64,000 bases of DNA from Macrostomum lignano (lineage: Eukaryota), in the NCBI GenBank assembly GCA_002269645.1, contig NIVC01003229.1, forward strand, positions 1-64,000. The letters run 5' to 3'. The translations under genes and the position numbers were made by a program. Under the pieces are notes generated by a model. That model saw nothing but the letters and a program-made list of their open reading frames with translations. It did no database searches and had not been told where the DNA came from. Each line of letters starts with the position of its first letter. Position 1 is the stretch's first letter. Shown piece by piece: positions 33,246 through 47,700 of this stretch.

Positions 33246-34149
33246 GGGGAAAGACTAGTTCTCCAAGTCGGTCATGCAAGCAAGTGACAGACTGCTTCGA
33301 ATCGAATATATTCCTCGGTTAATTAAAAAAGATTTTGCGCAAAGCAAGTAATGTCTTCCTTAGTTTCGTAGAAAATTTAGCTAGAAAAGCTTTTTTTTCA
33401 CTTCAGATAGACACTTTTTTATTCAAGAAAATATAGTATGAAAACTTTTTATTAGCATTTGAAGTATTTTACAGCGATGCGATATGACCTGATATTTCCC
33501 TGCTTTTTCTCAATGTTAATACATATTTTTATTGCAATGTCTTCTGTCGTACTTGAAACCTAGAAGAGTACTAGAGGTTGTTCCTCTTTGTTAAAACAAA
33601 CTCTTGCTATTAAACTATAATAGCTATTTTAGATATTTCAGAAGTTATTGATTTATTTATTTGAAAAAATACTGTTATTATTCTTAATGATTAAGATTAT
33701 GCAAGTGAAATATCCACTCATAATTAAATTTTAGTAAGCATTTGTCTTGAAACATTTATTCATTTAAGAAAATTAATTTTGCAGTTATCTGCAAGCATAT
33801 TCAAGTTATGAGAACACAGGGGGTATTAAAAAGTTTCACAAGTACATGCAGTTAACAGTACATGTAAATTATATATGCCATCATCTTAGACTTAAAATTA
33901 ATGCATTTGCCAATCAATAAAATAAACATGATAATAAATTCTCCAACATGATAAAAACTGAGAATCCAGATACTTGTCGAGGGCTAAAGGCATTCAGAGA
34001 CTGACAGAAATGTTCACCAACTGCTCACGGTGGGGATATTAAATTTAGCTGCTCAGATTTGCGTGTTTCTATTGTCTGTGTGACATCTACATGTAGGTAG
34101 TTATCTAACATTTAGCAGGTTTCTCTGTCAAATATCCAGATCTATCAGT

Positions 34150-35593
34150 CAGAAATCAAGATTTACCTGTCAGACATCTAGATTTACCTGTCTAACATCT
34201 AGATTTATCTGTCTAACATCTAGATTTAGCTGTCTAACATCTAGATTTACCTGTTTAACATCTAGATTTATCTGTTTAACATCTAGATTTAGCTGTCTAA
34301 CATCTAGATTTACCTGTTTAACATCTAGATTTATCTGTTTAACATCTAGATTTAGCTGTCAGACATCTAGATTTACCTGTCTAACATCTAGATTTACCTG
34401 TTTAACATCTAGATTTATCTGTTTAACATCTAGATTTATCTGTCTAACATCTAGATTTACCTGTCTAACATCTAGATTTACCTGTTTAACATCTAGATTT
34501 ATCTGTTTAACATCTAGATTTAGCTGTCTAACATCTAGATTTACCTGTTTAACATCTAGATTTATCTGTTTAACATCTAGATTTAGCTGTTTAACATCTA
34601 GATTTATCTGTTTAACATCTAGATTTACCTGTTTAACATCTAGATTTATCTGTTTAACATCTAGATTTACCTGTCTAACATCTAGATTTACCTGTTAACA
34701 TCTAGATTTATCTGTTTAACATCTAGATTTATCTGTCTAACATCTAGATTTACCTGTTTAACATCTAGATTTACCTGTTTAACATCTAGATTTATCTGTT
34801 TAACATCTAGATTTAGCTGTCAGACATCTAGATTTACCTGTCTAACATCTAGATTTACCTGTTAACATCTAGATTTACCTGTTTAACATCTAGATTTACT
34901 GTTAACATCTAGATTTACCTGTTTAACATCTAGATTTACCTGTCTAACATCTAGATTTACCTGTTAACATCTAGATTTATCTGTTTAACATCTAGATTTA
35001 TCTGTCTAACATCTAGATTTACCTGTTTAACATCTAGATTTATCTGTTTAACATCTAGATTTATCTGTCTAACATCTAGATTTACCTGTTTAACATCTAG
35101 ATTTATCTGTTTAACATCTAGATTTAGCTGTCAGACATCTAGATTTACCTGTCTAACATCTAGATTTACCTGTCTAACATCTAGATTTACCTGTCTAACA
35201 TCTAGATTTACCTGTCTAACATCTAGATTTACCTGTCTAACATCTAGATTTACCTGTCTAACATCTGGACTTACCTGTTTAACATCTAGATTTACCTGTC
35301 TAACATCTAGATTTACCTGTCTAACATCTAGATTTACCTGTCTAACATCTAGATTTAGCTGTCAGACATCTGGATTTACCTGTCTAACATCTGGATTTAC
35401 CTGCGTAACATCTAGATTTACCTGTCAGACATCTAGATTTACCTGTTTAACATCTAGATTTATCTGTCTAACATCTGGATTTACCTGTCTAACATCTGGA
35501 TTTACCTGTCTAACATCTAGATTTAGCTGTCTAACATCTAGATTTACCTGTCTAACATCTAGATTTACCTGCCTAACATCTAGATTTACCTGT
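34150..35593 (+). repeat. 21-bp minisatellite AACATCTAGATTTA(C/T)CTGT(C/T)T
   Basis: About 1.4-kb array 3' of SLCO; each unit carries the ATCTAGAT palindrome. Confidence 0.96.
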
Positions 35594-35711
35594 CTTCCTT
35601 CTAATTGACAACTGTTTCAATATAAAAAATCGTTGATGACAAAAAATCGCTTTTCCAGCCAAAAGCACACACTACTATTGTAAGTAGCTATATAAAAAAT
35701 CTAAAAACAAG

Positions 35712-38700
35712 TTACTTAGTAGAAAACTCGATTGTCTCCCTCACCAGCCGCGATTCGCTATTCAAAGCGCTGTTCAAACTGCCTCTGCTGGACTCGGGTG
35801 TCGCCAGGTTGTCAGCATCTGAGCGCTTGTAGGCTGGATTGTCGGTGCCGCTCAGGCGTCTCGGAGCTGACTGCTGTTGCTGCTGTTGCTGCTGCTGCGT
35901 GCCATCCGAGTCGTCGTTGACTGCTGATGCCGAATTGCTGCCTCGACGTCGGATTTCAACAGTCAGGATATTCGGCTGCTGCTCCTGTTGCTGCTGCTGC
36001 TTCACGGACGGTCTGTAGAGCAGGACGGACGCGATGAGGAAAGTTAATTCGATGACTTTCAGGCCGCCAGCGAACAGCAGGATGAGCACCCATAGCCAGT
36101 GGGCGTTGTAGTAGACACAGGAGCCCTGCAGGCCGCAGCTGCTGTTCCACACGCTGCAGGTCGTGTCAATCAGACGGCCGAGCAGCAGTGGCGCCGGGAT
36201 GCTGCCAAGTAGACGCATCGTCAGAATCTGAATGCCGATGCCGAAGTCTTTCAAGTTGCTGGGCACCACGCTGCGGACGGACGGACGGTGACAATTGCTT
36301 ACAGGCTTACAGGTAGGTTTAGGTTGGGGCTAAGGTCTACAGGTAGGTTTAGGTTGGAGCTAAGGTCTACAGGTAGGTTTAGGTTCGGGCTAAGGTCTAC
36401 AGGTAGATTTAGATTGGAGCTAAGGTCTACAGGTAGGTTTAGGTTGGAGCTAAGGTCTACAGGTTAGGTTCGGGCTAACGTCTACAGGTAAGTTTAGGTT
36501 GGAGCTAAGGTCTACAGGTAGGTTTAGGTTGGAGCTAAGGTCTACAGGTAGGTTTGGGTTCGGACTAAGGTCTACAGGTATATTTAGGTTAGGGCTAAGG
36601 TCTACAGGTAGATTTAGGTTGGGGCTAAGGTCTACAGGTAGATTTAGGTTGGGGCTAAGGTCTACAGGTAGATTTAGGTTGGGGCAAAGGTCTACAGGTG
36701 GGTTTAGGTTTTAGGCTAAGATTTAGGTTTAGGTTAGGGTTTGGGTATGTGCTAGTTTCGGCAGTGAAGAACATTTGTAGCCATTTGTCGCAGACTCGTG
36801 AAATTCTCTTGAATTCTTTTTGAGATGAGATGGCTGTGTGAAATTCTCTAGGCTAGTATTCTACTTAGAAAAGTAGTATTACTTTATTTGGTGTATAAAT
36901 ATTTTAGCTATAGATGTATTCTACTTGGATGCATTTTCCATCTATTCGAATAAAAAACATGTCGCAAATGTCTAAAGTGTGACAGTTTAAGCGAAAAAAA
37001 TACGAAAAAGTACAGTCAATACTTCTTTCGCTCTTTCCCTTAAGACAAGTTCGGTGTCTTTTGAGAAGCTACAAAAAGTTTTTGTCAAGGTAAATACGAG
37101 GTTCAAAAAAAAAGAGAAGAAGAAGAAGAGAATTGAAGAAGTATTCAATTCTTCATAGGGTGGCTAGAAAGACGCCGCACACGCAACGAGTTTTTTAATT
37201 TTAGCTCTTAAGACAATCGCATGACTTGGCGTATGTTTCGGTCCCGGCTGGAGCCCCTGTCTCTTGGTGGGCGCTCCTGCCTCTTGGTGGGCGGCACTGT
37301 CTCTTGGTGGGCGCTCCTGCCTCTTGGTGGGCGCTCCTGTCTCTTGGTGGGCGGCACTGTCTCTTGGTGGGCGCTCCTGTCTCTTGGTGGGCGCTCCTGT
37401 CTCTTGGTGGGCGCTCCTGTCTCTTGGTGGGCGCTCCTGTCTCTTGGTGGGCGGCCCTGTCTCTTGGTGTCTCCTGCCTCTTGGTGGGCGCTCCTGTCTC
37501 TTGGTGGGCGCTCCTGCCTCTTGGTGGGCGCTCCTGTCTCTTGGTGGGCGGCCCTGTCTCTTGGTGTCTCCTGCCTCTTGGTGGGCGCTCCTGTCTCTTG
37601 GTGGGCGCTCCTGTCTCTTGGTGGGCGCTCCTGTCTCTTGGTGCGCGCTCCTGCCTCTTGGTGGGCATCCCATTCTCTTGGTGGGCGGCCCTGTCTCTTG
37701 GTGGGCGCTCCTGCCTCTTGGTGGGCATCCCTGTCTCTTGGTGGGCGCTCCTGTCTCTTGGTGTCTCCTGCCTCTTGGTGGGCGCCCCTGTCTCTTGGTG
37801 GGCGGCCCTGTCTTTTGGTGGGCGTCCCTGTCTCTTGGTGGGCATCCCTGTCTCTTGGTGGGCGGCCCTGTCTCTTGGTGGGCGCTCTTGCCTCTTGGTG
37901 GGCATCCCTGTCTCTTGGTGGGCGCTCCTGCCTCTTGGTGGGCATCCCTGTCTCTTGGTGGGCGCTCCTATCTCTTGGTGGGCGCCCCTGTCTCTTGGTG
38001 GGCGCTCCTGCCTCTTGGTGGGCGCTCCTGTCTCTTGGTGGGCGCCCCTGTCTTTTGGTGGGCGTCCCTGCCTCTTGGTGGGCATCCCTGTCTCTTGGTG
38101 GGCGCCCCTGTCTCTTGGTGGGCGCCCCTGTCTCTTGGTGGGCGCCCCTGTCTCTTGGTGGGCGCCCCTGTCTCTTGGTGGGCGCCCCTGTCTCTTGATA
38201 GGTGCCCCTGTCTCTTGATGGGCGCCCTCTGTCACTTAGCGGACGCTGAGGTGATGAGAAAAGAGCTGATAAGAGATGGAAGCCTTGACGGCATTGCTAT
38301 TGTAAAGTTTCAAAGGACTCGAGGATGTAGAGGACATGCTACAGAGTCGCATGAATTACGGTACCCCAAAGAGGAGCAAAGGTACTAGTCCACAGTAACT
38401 AAATTAAGCAACTTAAACCATACAGCTTTCTATCTACATGCATATACCCAGACTTTATTAAATAGCAATTCTTGAATTAGCAAGTTCAAACTTCATTTAA
38501 AGTTTCCACGAGCCGTAGAACACTTTGGTCTTAGCTCGTAACTCTGCGCTCACAAGGCGTGCAGTGTGTCAATAGCGATTTTCTCTTGGGCGTTGCTCTT
38601 CGCTGTCTCGCAACCCCTCCCTGTGTGCAGTCTCAGAAAGCAGAGAGGGCCGGGCAATCAAAAAGGCGTGCCAATAACCTTAGCCAAAGCAATGGCTATA

Positions 38701-41700
38701 AACTGGCTCTCCCTTCTCTGTTGTTATTAATGTCGCAACATACCAAAACTGTAACTCTGCCTCACTCGCACAGAACAATTGGCAGTATTGGGGTCAGCTC
38801 ACCGCATAATGGCCTGCAGAGTGGGTATGGTAATGAAGAACATGCAAAACATGAAGCAGCCAACCAGAGTCAGGAAGAGCGGCGCCGAAGTGCACTCGGT
38901 GCTCGGACAGTCGCCCGAAATCGCCGATATGTTGCGATCGTGCATTAATTTCGTGGTCGTCACGCAGGAGCAGTTGGTGTAGTAGCGTTTCTGCAGCAAT
39001 GAAACAATTTTGATGCATTTCTCTATGTTAGAGTCCACTTGGTTAAAAATGAGTGGGATTGGAAAACTGGTTACCAAATTGGTTTTCATTTAGGCGCCAT
39101 TGGTTTCCACTTTGTTGACATTGATTTTCATTTTGAGTCGTTAATTTCTATTTTGGCCCCATAGATTTTTATTTTGGCCCCATAGATTTCCATTTTGGCA
39201 CCATAGATTTCCATTTTGGCACCATAGATTTCCATTTTGGCACCATAGATTTCCATTTTGGCACCATAGATTTCCATTTTGGCCCCATAGATTTCCATTT
39301 TGGCCCATAGATTTCCATTTTGGCCCATAGATTTCCATTTTGGCCCCGTAGATTTAAATTTTGGCGCCATATATTTCCATTTTGGCGCCATAGATTTCCA
39401 TTTTGGCGCTATTAATCGATTTCTATTTTGGCGCCGTGGATTTCCATTTTGGCCCCATAGATTTTCATTTTGGCGCGATGGATTTCCATTTTGGCCCCAT
39501 AGATTTTCATTTTGGCGCGATGGATTTCCATTTTGGCCTCATAGATTTCCATTTTGGCCCCATAGATTTCCATTTTGGCCCCATAGATTTCCATTTTAGC
39601 GCCATAGATTTCCATTTTGGCCCCATAGATTTCCATTTTGGCCCCATAGATTTCCATTTTGGCCCCATAGATTTCCATTTTGGCCCCAAAGATTTCCATT
39701 TTGGCACGATGGATTTCCATTTTAGCGCCATAGATTTGTATTTTGACGCCATAGGTTTCCATTTTGGCGCTATTAGGTTGTATCTGGCGCCACACTGATT
39801 CTCATTTAGCGGCACATGTATTTCTTTGAAATATAGTCCGGTTCTTCAATAAGCACAATTCGCTCGCTCACCCCATCGATGCTGAACGAGTCGTTTCCAC
39901 CTGAGCAGCCGGCGAAGCAGGGCGAGAAGTGCAGCACCCCGTCCGCGGAGCACACCGGATCGAACATGAACTTGTTCCTGACGCAGCTGCAGTTGTAATT
40001 GCACGGCGCAGAGAAATTCGGATCCATATCCGGCACGAACTGCGTCTCCGGATAGGGTGCCGTCACCCCGGCAAGCAGCTGCGGACTGCAGCGCACAACG
40101 AAGGAGCTCACGAGAGCCAGAGCGATTGTTGACGCTCCCACATTCATCCAAATCAAACGCTGCACGGGCATGGCAACAAATCGAATCACCATGGCGCCAG
40201 TGAACAGTCCCAGCGCGCCGCACGGCACTGACACCAAGCCGATGGTCAGCGTGGCGGTGCTGGCCGCCATTCTGAAGAACTGCTGCATCAGTTTCGGGCC
40301 GAAGGTGGCCAAACCTGTGATGGTGATGCTGGCGGCCGTGCCGGCCAGGGTGAGGCACACGAAAGTCGGTATGCTGAAAATGATGCCGGCTGTGGGTAGA
40401 AAGTCCTTCATCGTCACAGTCAGCTGGGCGCTGCGCTGCGCCGAGTCGCCGTAGCTCTCCTCAGTCCGGGCGGCTCGTTTCCGCGCCGAGCCGCGGAAGC
40501 TCTTAGGAAAGCCGAACATGGGCAGCACGCCCATCAGCGAGATGGAGCCAGAGATCAGGAATCCGATCCACCAGGCACCAACCCACAGATTTGTGTCGTC
40601 GGGACTGAGCTCCTTGGGCTTGTCCAGATCCACGTAGATGTTCACTATGATGCCGCCGAGTAAGTAGCCGCTAGCTGGTCCAACTAGACCGACTAAGTAG
40701 TACAAGCCTGGAGAATGATTTGCATTGTCTCTTCAAATGATTATGCTGACTAGGCGAATTAGGGATTGATTAGGTGAAAGAATTTGAACGGCAATCTAAA
40801 TAGCAGACGATTGAGCAATCCAGGTAACACACGCTCCCAGATTGAGTGATTCAGGTAGCACACGATCCCAGATTGAGCAATTCAGGTAACACACGATCCC
40901 AGATTGAGTGATTCAGGTAACACACGATCCCAGATTGAGTGATTCAGGTAGCACACGATCCCAGATTGAGCAATTCAGGTAGCACACGATCCCAGATTCA
41001 GCAATTCAGGTAGCACACGATCCCAGATTGAGTGATTCAGGTAACACACGATCCCATATTGAGCAATCCAGGTAACACACGATCCCAGATTGAGTGACTC
41101 AGGTAGCACACGATCCCAGATTGAGCAATTCAGGTAGCACACGATCCCATATTGAGCAATTCAGGTAGCACACGATCCCAGATTGAGTGATTCAGGTAAC
41201 ACACGATCCCATATTGAGCAATTCAGGTAACACACGATCCCAGATTGAGTGATTCAGGTAACACACGATCCCAGATTGAGTGATTCAGGTAGCACACGAT
41301 CTCAGATTAAGCAATTCAGGTAGCACACGATCCCAGATTGAGTGATTCAGGTAACACACGATCCCAGATTGAGTGACTCAGGTAGCACACGATCCCAGAT
41401 TGAGTGACTCAGGTAGCACACGATCCCAAATTGAGTGATTCAGGTAGCACACGATCTCAGATTGAGTGATTCAGGTTACACACGATCCCATATTGAGCAA
41501 TCCAGGTAACACACGATCCCAGATTGAGTGATTCAGGTAGCACACGATCCCAGATTGAGTGATTCAGGTAGCACACGATCCCAGATTGAGTTATTCAGGT
41601 AGCACACGATCCCAGATTGAGTTATTCAGGTAGCACACGATCCCAGATTGAGTGATTCAGGTAACACATGATCCCAGATTGAGTGATTCAGGTAGCACAC

Positions 41701-44700
41701 TATCCCAAATTGAGTGATTCAGGTAGCACACGATCCCAGATTGAGTGATTCAGGTAGCACACGATCCCAGATAGAGTGATTCAGGTAACAAAAGATCCCA
41801 GATTGAGCAATCCAGGTAACACACGATCCCAGATTGAGTGATTCAAAGGTAACACATGATCCCAGATTGAGCCATTTAACGAGCAGAAATCTTTAAACTT
41901 ACCAAGAAACACCCCGGACTCTTTAATCGACAGATTATCGTCTAGGTAGGACACGGCCAGGGTGAAGAATGGCGCACCACCCATTCCGTGCAGAAGTTGG
42001 GCTGCCCAGAAAACCCATTTGAAGTAGTTCTGGTTCTGTTTGACGCAGAACTCCGGATACTCGACACCGTCGGCATAGCACACTGGCTCAACCTGAGACT
42101 GATAAACGTACTTGCCAGCAATGAAATACGGGCTGGAGAACAGGAAGGAGCCGGTAGCCACCACGAATGCTCCCACTGAGATGAATCGACTGCGACGATA
42201 CAGTCTGCCGTAGTAAGTGATGGGCACTATGGCCAGGCAGGCGCCGATGTCGTAGGTTGACGCAATCATTCCGGCCTCCACCGACTGCAGGTCAAAACGC
42301 CTCTCAATGCTGGTTAGCACGGAGTTTAAGAAGCCGTTCAGAAGCATGCCCTGAAAATTTTTTGGTTGTTTGTTTTGCAAATTCACGACATGTAAACCTG
42401 TTTGTTAGCTTTGTACATCTGTACATATATGAGGTATACGAATGTTTGCAGCACCAGGGGCGCCAGCACCAGGGGCTTTAGCACCAAAGGGCTTTAGCAC
42501 CAGGGGCTTTAGCACCAATGGCTTTAGCACCAATGGCTTTAGCACCAAGAGTTTTTAGCACCAGGGGCTTTAGCACCAAGAAGCTTAAGCACCAAGGGGC
42601 TTTAGCACCAAGGGGATTTAGCACCAAGGGGCTTTAGCACCAATGGCTTTAGCACCAGGGGCTTTAGCACCAATGGCTTTAGCACCAGGGGCTTTAGCAC
42701 CAATGGCTTTAGCACCAATGGCTTTAGCACCAGGGGCTTTAGCACCAAGGGGTTTTAGCACCAATGGCTTTAGCACCAAGGGGCTTTAGCACCAGGCGCT
42801 TTAGCACCAGGGGCTTTAGCACCAGGGGCTTTAGCGCTAGGGGCTTTAGCACCAGGGGCTTTAGCACCAAGGGGCTTTAGCACCAGGTGCTTTAGCACCA
42901 GGGGCTTTAGCACCAAGGGGTTTTAGCACCAAGGGGTTTTAGCACCAATGGCTTTTGCACCAAGGGGTTTTAGCACCAATGGCTTTAGCACCGAGGGGCT
43001 TTAGCACCAGGGGCTTTAGCACCAAGGGGTTTTAGCACCAATGGCTTTAGCACCAAGGGGTTTTAGCACCAATGGCTTTAGCACCAAGGGGCTTTAGTAC
43101 CAGGGGCTTTGGCACCAAGGGGCTTTAGCACCAAGGGGCTTTAGCACCAATGGCTTTAGCACCAAGGGGTTTTAACACCAGGGGCTCTAGCACCGATGGC
43201 TTTAGCACCAAGGGGTTTTAGCACCAGGGGCTCTAGCACCAGGGGCTTTAGCACCAATGGCTTTAGCACCATGGCTTTAGCACCAAAGGTTTTTAGCACC
43301 AGGGGCTTTAGCACCAAGAAGCTTAAGCACCAAGGGGATTTAGCACCAAGGGGCTTTAGCACCAATGGCTTTAGCACCAGGGGCTTTAGCACCAAGGGGT
43401 TTTAGCACCAATGACTTTAGCACCAGGGGCTTTAGCACCAGGGGCTTTAGCGCTAGGGGCTTTAGCACCAGGGGATTTAGCACCAGGGGCTTTAGCACCA
43501 AGGGGTTTTAGCACCAAGGGGTTTTAGCACCAATGGCTTTTGCACCAAGGGGTTTTAGCACCAATGGCTTTAGCACCGAGGGGCTTTAGCACCAGGGGCT
43601 TTAGCACCAGGGGCTTTAGCACCAAGGGGTTTTAGCACCAATGGTTTAGCACCAAGGGGCTTTAGCACCAATGGCTTTAGCACCAAGGGGCTTTAGCACC
43701 AGGGGCTTTAGCACCAAGGGGTTTTAGCACCAATGGCTTTAGCACCAGGGGCTTTAGCACCAATGGCTTTAGCACCAGGGGCTTTAGCACCAATGGCTTT
43801 AGCACCAATGGCTTTAGCACCAGGGGCTTTAGCACCAAGGGGTTTTAGCACCAATGGCTTTAGCACCAAGGGGCTTTAGCACCAGGCGCTTTAGCACCAG
43901 GGGCTTTAGCACCAGGGGCTTTAGCGCTAGGGGCTTTAGCACCAAGGGGTTTTAGCACCAAGGGGTTTTAGCACCAATGGCTTTTGCACCAAGGGGTTTT
44001 AGCACCAATGGCTTTAGCACCGAGGGGCTTTAGCACCAGGGGCTTTAGCACCAAGGGGTTTTAGCACCAATGGCTTTAGCACCAAGGGGTTTTAGCACCA
44101 ATGGCTTTAGCACCAAGGGGTTTTAGCACCAATGGCTTTAGCACCAAGGGGCTTTAGCACCAGGGGCTTTGGCACCAAGGGGCTTTAGCACCAAGGGGCT
44201 TTAGCACCAATGGCTTTAGCACCAAGGGGTTTTAACACCAAGGGCTCTAGCACCGATGGCTTTAGCACCAAGGGGTTTTAGCACCAGGGGCTCTAGCACC
44301 AGGGGCTTTAGCACCAATGGCTTTAGCACCATGGCTTTAGCACCAAGGGTTTTTAGCACCAGGGGCTTTAGCACCAAGAAGCTTAAGCACCAAGGGGATT
44401 TAGCACCAAGGGGCTTTAGCACCAATGGCTTTAGCACCAGGGGCTTTAGCACCAAGGGGTTTTAGCACCAATGACTTTAGCACCAAGGGGCTTTAGCACC
44501 AGGCGCTTTAGCACCAGGGGCTTTAGCACCAGGGGCTTTAGCGCTAGGGGCTTTAGCACCAGGGGATTTAGCACCAGGGGCTTTAGCACCAAGGGGTTTT
44601 AGCACCAAGGGGTTTTAGCACCAATGGCTTTTGCACCAAGGGCTTTAGCACCAAGGTGTTTTAGCACCAAGGGGTTTTAGCACCAATGGCTTTAGCACCA

Positions 44701-47700
44701 AGGGGTTTTAGCACCAATGGTTTAGCACCAAGGGGCTTTAGCACCAATGGCTTTAGCACCAAGGGGCTTTAGCACCAGGGGCTTTAGCACCAAGGGGTTT
44801 TAGCACCAAGGGGCTTTAGCACCAAGGTGTTTTAGCACCAATGGCTTTAGCACCAAGGGGTTTTAACACCAGGGGCTCTAGCACCGATGGCTTTAGCACC
44901 AGGGGCTTTAGCACCAAGGGGTTTTAGCACCAATGGCTTTAGCACCAAGGGGTTTTAACACCAGGGGCTCTAGCACCGATGGCTTTAGCACCAAGGGGTT
45001 TTAGCACCAGGGGCTTTAGCACCAGGGGCGCCAGCGGCATCAGAGTTACCTGAGCATAGGAGATGACGCTGAGCCACAGCAGCAGGCAGGAAGGCCTTGC
45101 AAACAGCTGGCAGAAGCGCGGCTTGCAGCAGATCCAATCGCATTGAATTTCATCTTCGTTATCCTCCGGAACCTCCGCAGTCTTTGTCTCCGCTGGAGAG
45201 GTCTCTTTGTCTGCGATGGGACAATGGTACCAGTAATAGGTTCATGCTCGAAGCAAGACTGAGTAGTCTTGATATTTTATATCGCTATATAAACTTTAAA
45301 TCTTGCTATCAATATTAATAAATCTTTAGCTAGCTCACTAGCTCACTAGCCCACATTTGAAAGAACACTCACTAGAGAATCCTGTCTCAATGTCAAAAGT
45401 CTTCGACATGTTACAAAATTAACAAGATTTGTCAGTGACAGCTCTTTCAGCTCATAGCAAATCTGAATGTCTTCTCTACCAATAGTTAGCTGAGAGCTTA
45501 GAGCTGCTTTTGTTAATTCCAAAGCGCGCCAGGTTTATAATGATTTGGCTATGATCGGCCTCGTCGTTTACACCAAACTATAACGGGCGGTGTGGCAGGA
45601 GAAGAACGAAACGGTATTAAGAAATGTGAGTACTGCTCATATGAGCACTCTCTTCCCTAGCCTCCTTTTGCTTCCTTCCCCGTTTCCATTCCTGCGCCCC
45701 AATCGAGTAAAGCGCTCAAAGACTCGCGAGTACATTGAGGAAATGCGCCTAGGGTGCTTTGTCTTTTTGTCGTTTTGCGGTATTGCAGATCCGATTTCAA
45801 GTACACTTTTGACAGTTCAGTCCAGCCACCCTGACATCCGTTTATAGACCTCTGACATCCAGTCCAGCCACCCTGACATCCGTTTATAGACCTCTGACAT
45901 CCAGTCCAGCCACCCTGACATCCGTTTATAGACCTCTGACATCCAGTCCAGCCACCCTGACATCCGTTCATAGACCTCTGACATCCAGTCCAGCCACCCT
46001 GACATCCGTTCATAGATCTCTGACATCCAGTCCAGCCACCCTGACATCCGTTCATAGACCTCTGACATCCAGTCCAGCCAATCCTAGCATCCATCCATAG
46101 ACCTCTGACATCCCGTCTAGCCACCCTGACGTTCGTGCTTGCATATCTGACACCCAATCTAGCCATTCTGACATAAGTTGTTAGACCAATGAAATCGATT
46201 CTTGCACATCTGACATTCAAGCTAGCAATTCAGGTATCCGCCCAGACAACTCTGATATCTAATCTAGCAACCCTGATATTGAAGCACACAACTCTTAGCC
46301 CAAGTCCTGAACCAACTGTATGAACAAAATCAGATTGTAGTTGATGCGGCTGCTGATTATAGATTTAAGCTCAGCAGCCGGAGAGCACAGACTAGAAGTG
46401 GGCTATCCCTTTGCGCGTGGCGAGTTGCCTAGCGCATGGAACTGCATAGTCTATCTACTCAACAAAAAACACCCAATTGCGCAGCTTTATCTTTCTCTTA
46501 GAGTCGCCTGATAAGAGACTGTTTCATACTATATAGATCAGTCCCACACACACGTACGGACGAGTATAGTGGAATAGCTTTTCAGGTGTTTGCCTCATTT
46601 TAATGTTACATATATGTATTATTTCCTTATTTGAACAGTTGGAAAAATGACTGGCTATCTGAAGTCCGCTCGGTGATAGGCAAAGCGCACGAATGGCAAA
46701 CGAGGCGTCACACATACGGTCGAGTGACGTAGTAATTTATGACCGCGATCGATACTAGAAAATTAAATTCTTGGATATCCGCATCTATTTTTGGTTCATT
46801 TTAGTTAAAAAATACATTCGAAAACCACGAAGGTTTATTCTTCAACCTTTGTCTCTCACCCCTTCTTCTCTCACCCCTTCTTCTCTCACCCCTTCTTCTC
46901 TCACCCCTTAATCTCTCACACTTCCATCTTTCAACCCTTAATCTCTCACACTTCCATCTCTCACCCCTTCATCTCTCACCCCTTAATCTCTCACACTTCC
47001 ATCTCTCACCCCTTCATCTCTCACCCCTTCATCTCTCACACTTCCATCTCTCATCCCTTCATCTCTCACACTTCCATCTCTCACCCCTTAATCTCTCACT
47101 CAATAATCTCTCACACCTCCATCTCTCCCCCCTTAATCTCTCACACTTCCATCTCTCACCCTTTAATCTCTTACGCTTCTAAATCTCACCGCTTTATCTC
47201 TCACCCCTTCATCTCTCACACTTCCAAATCTCACCCCTTAATCTCTCATCCATTAATATCTCACACTTCCACGTTTCACCCCTTCATCTCTCACACTTCC
47301 ATCTCTCATCCCTTCATCTCTCACACTTCCATCTCTCACCCCTTTATCTCTCACTCAATAATCTCTCACACCTCCATCTCTCCCCCCTTAATCTCTCACA
47401 CTTCCATCTCTCACCCTTTAATCTCTTACGCTTCTAAATCTCACCGCTTTATCTCTCACCCCTTCATCTCTCACACTTCCAAATCTCACCCCTTAATCTC
47501 TCATCCATTAATATCTCACACTTCCATCTTTCACCCCTTCATCTCTCACACTTCCAAATCTCACCCCTTTATCTCTCACCCCTTCATCTTTCACACTTCC
47601 ATCTCTCACCCTTTATCTCTCTTCCCTTCATCTCTCACACTTCTAAATCTCACCCCTTTATCTCACCCATTCATCTCTCACACTTCCAAATCTCTCACCC

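Noticed and set aside
37164-38388. Six overlapping long ORFs with TKRQ/WWA repeats
   Set aside because: A 20-bp unit cycles through all frames on both strands; intronic minisatellite without coding signature. The same applies to 15357-15910.
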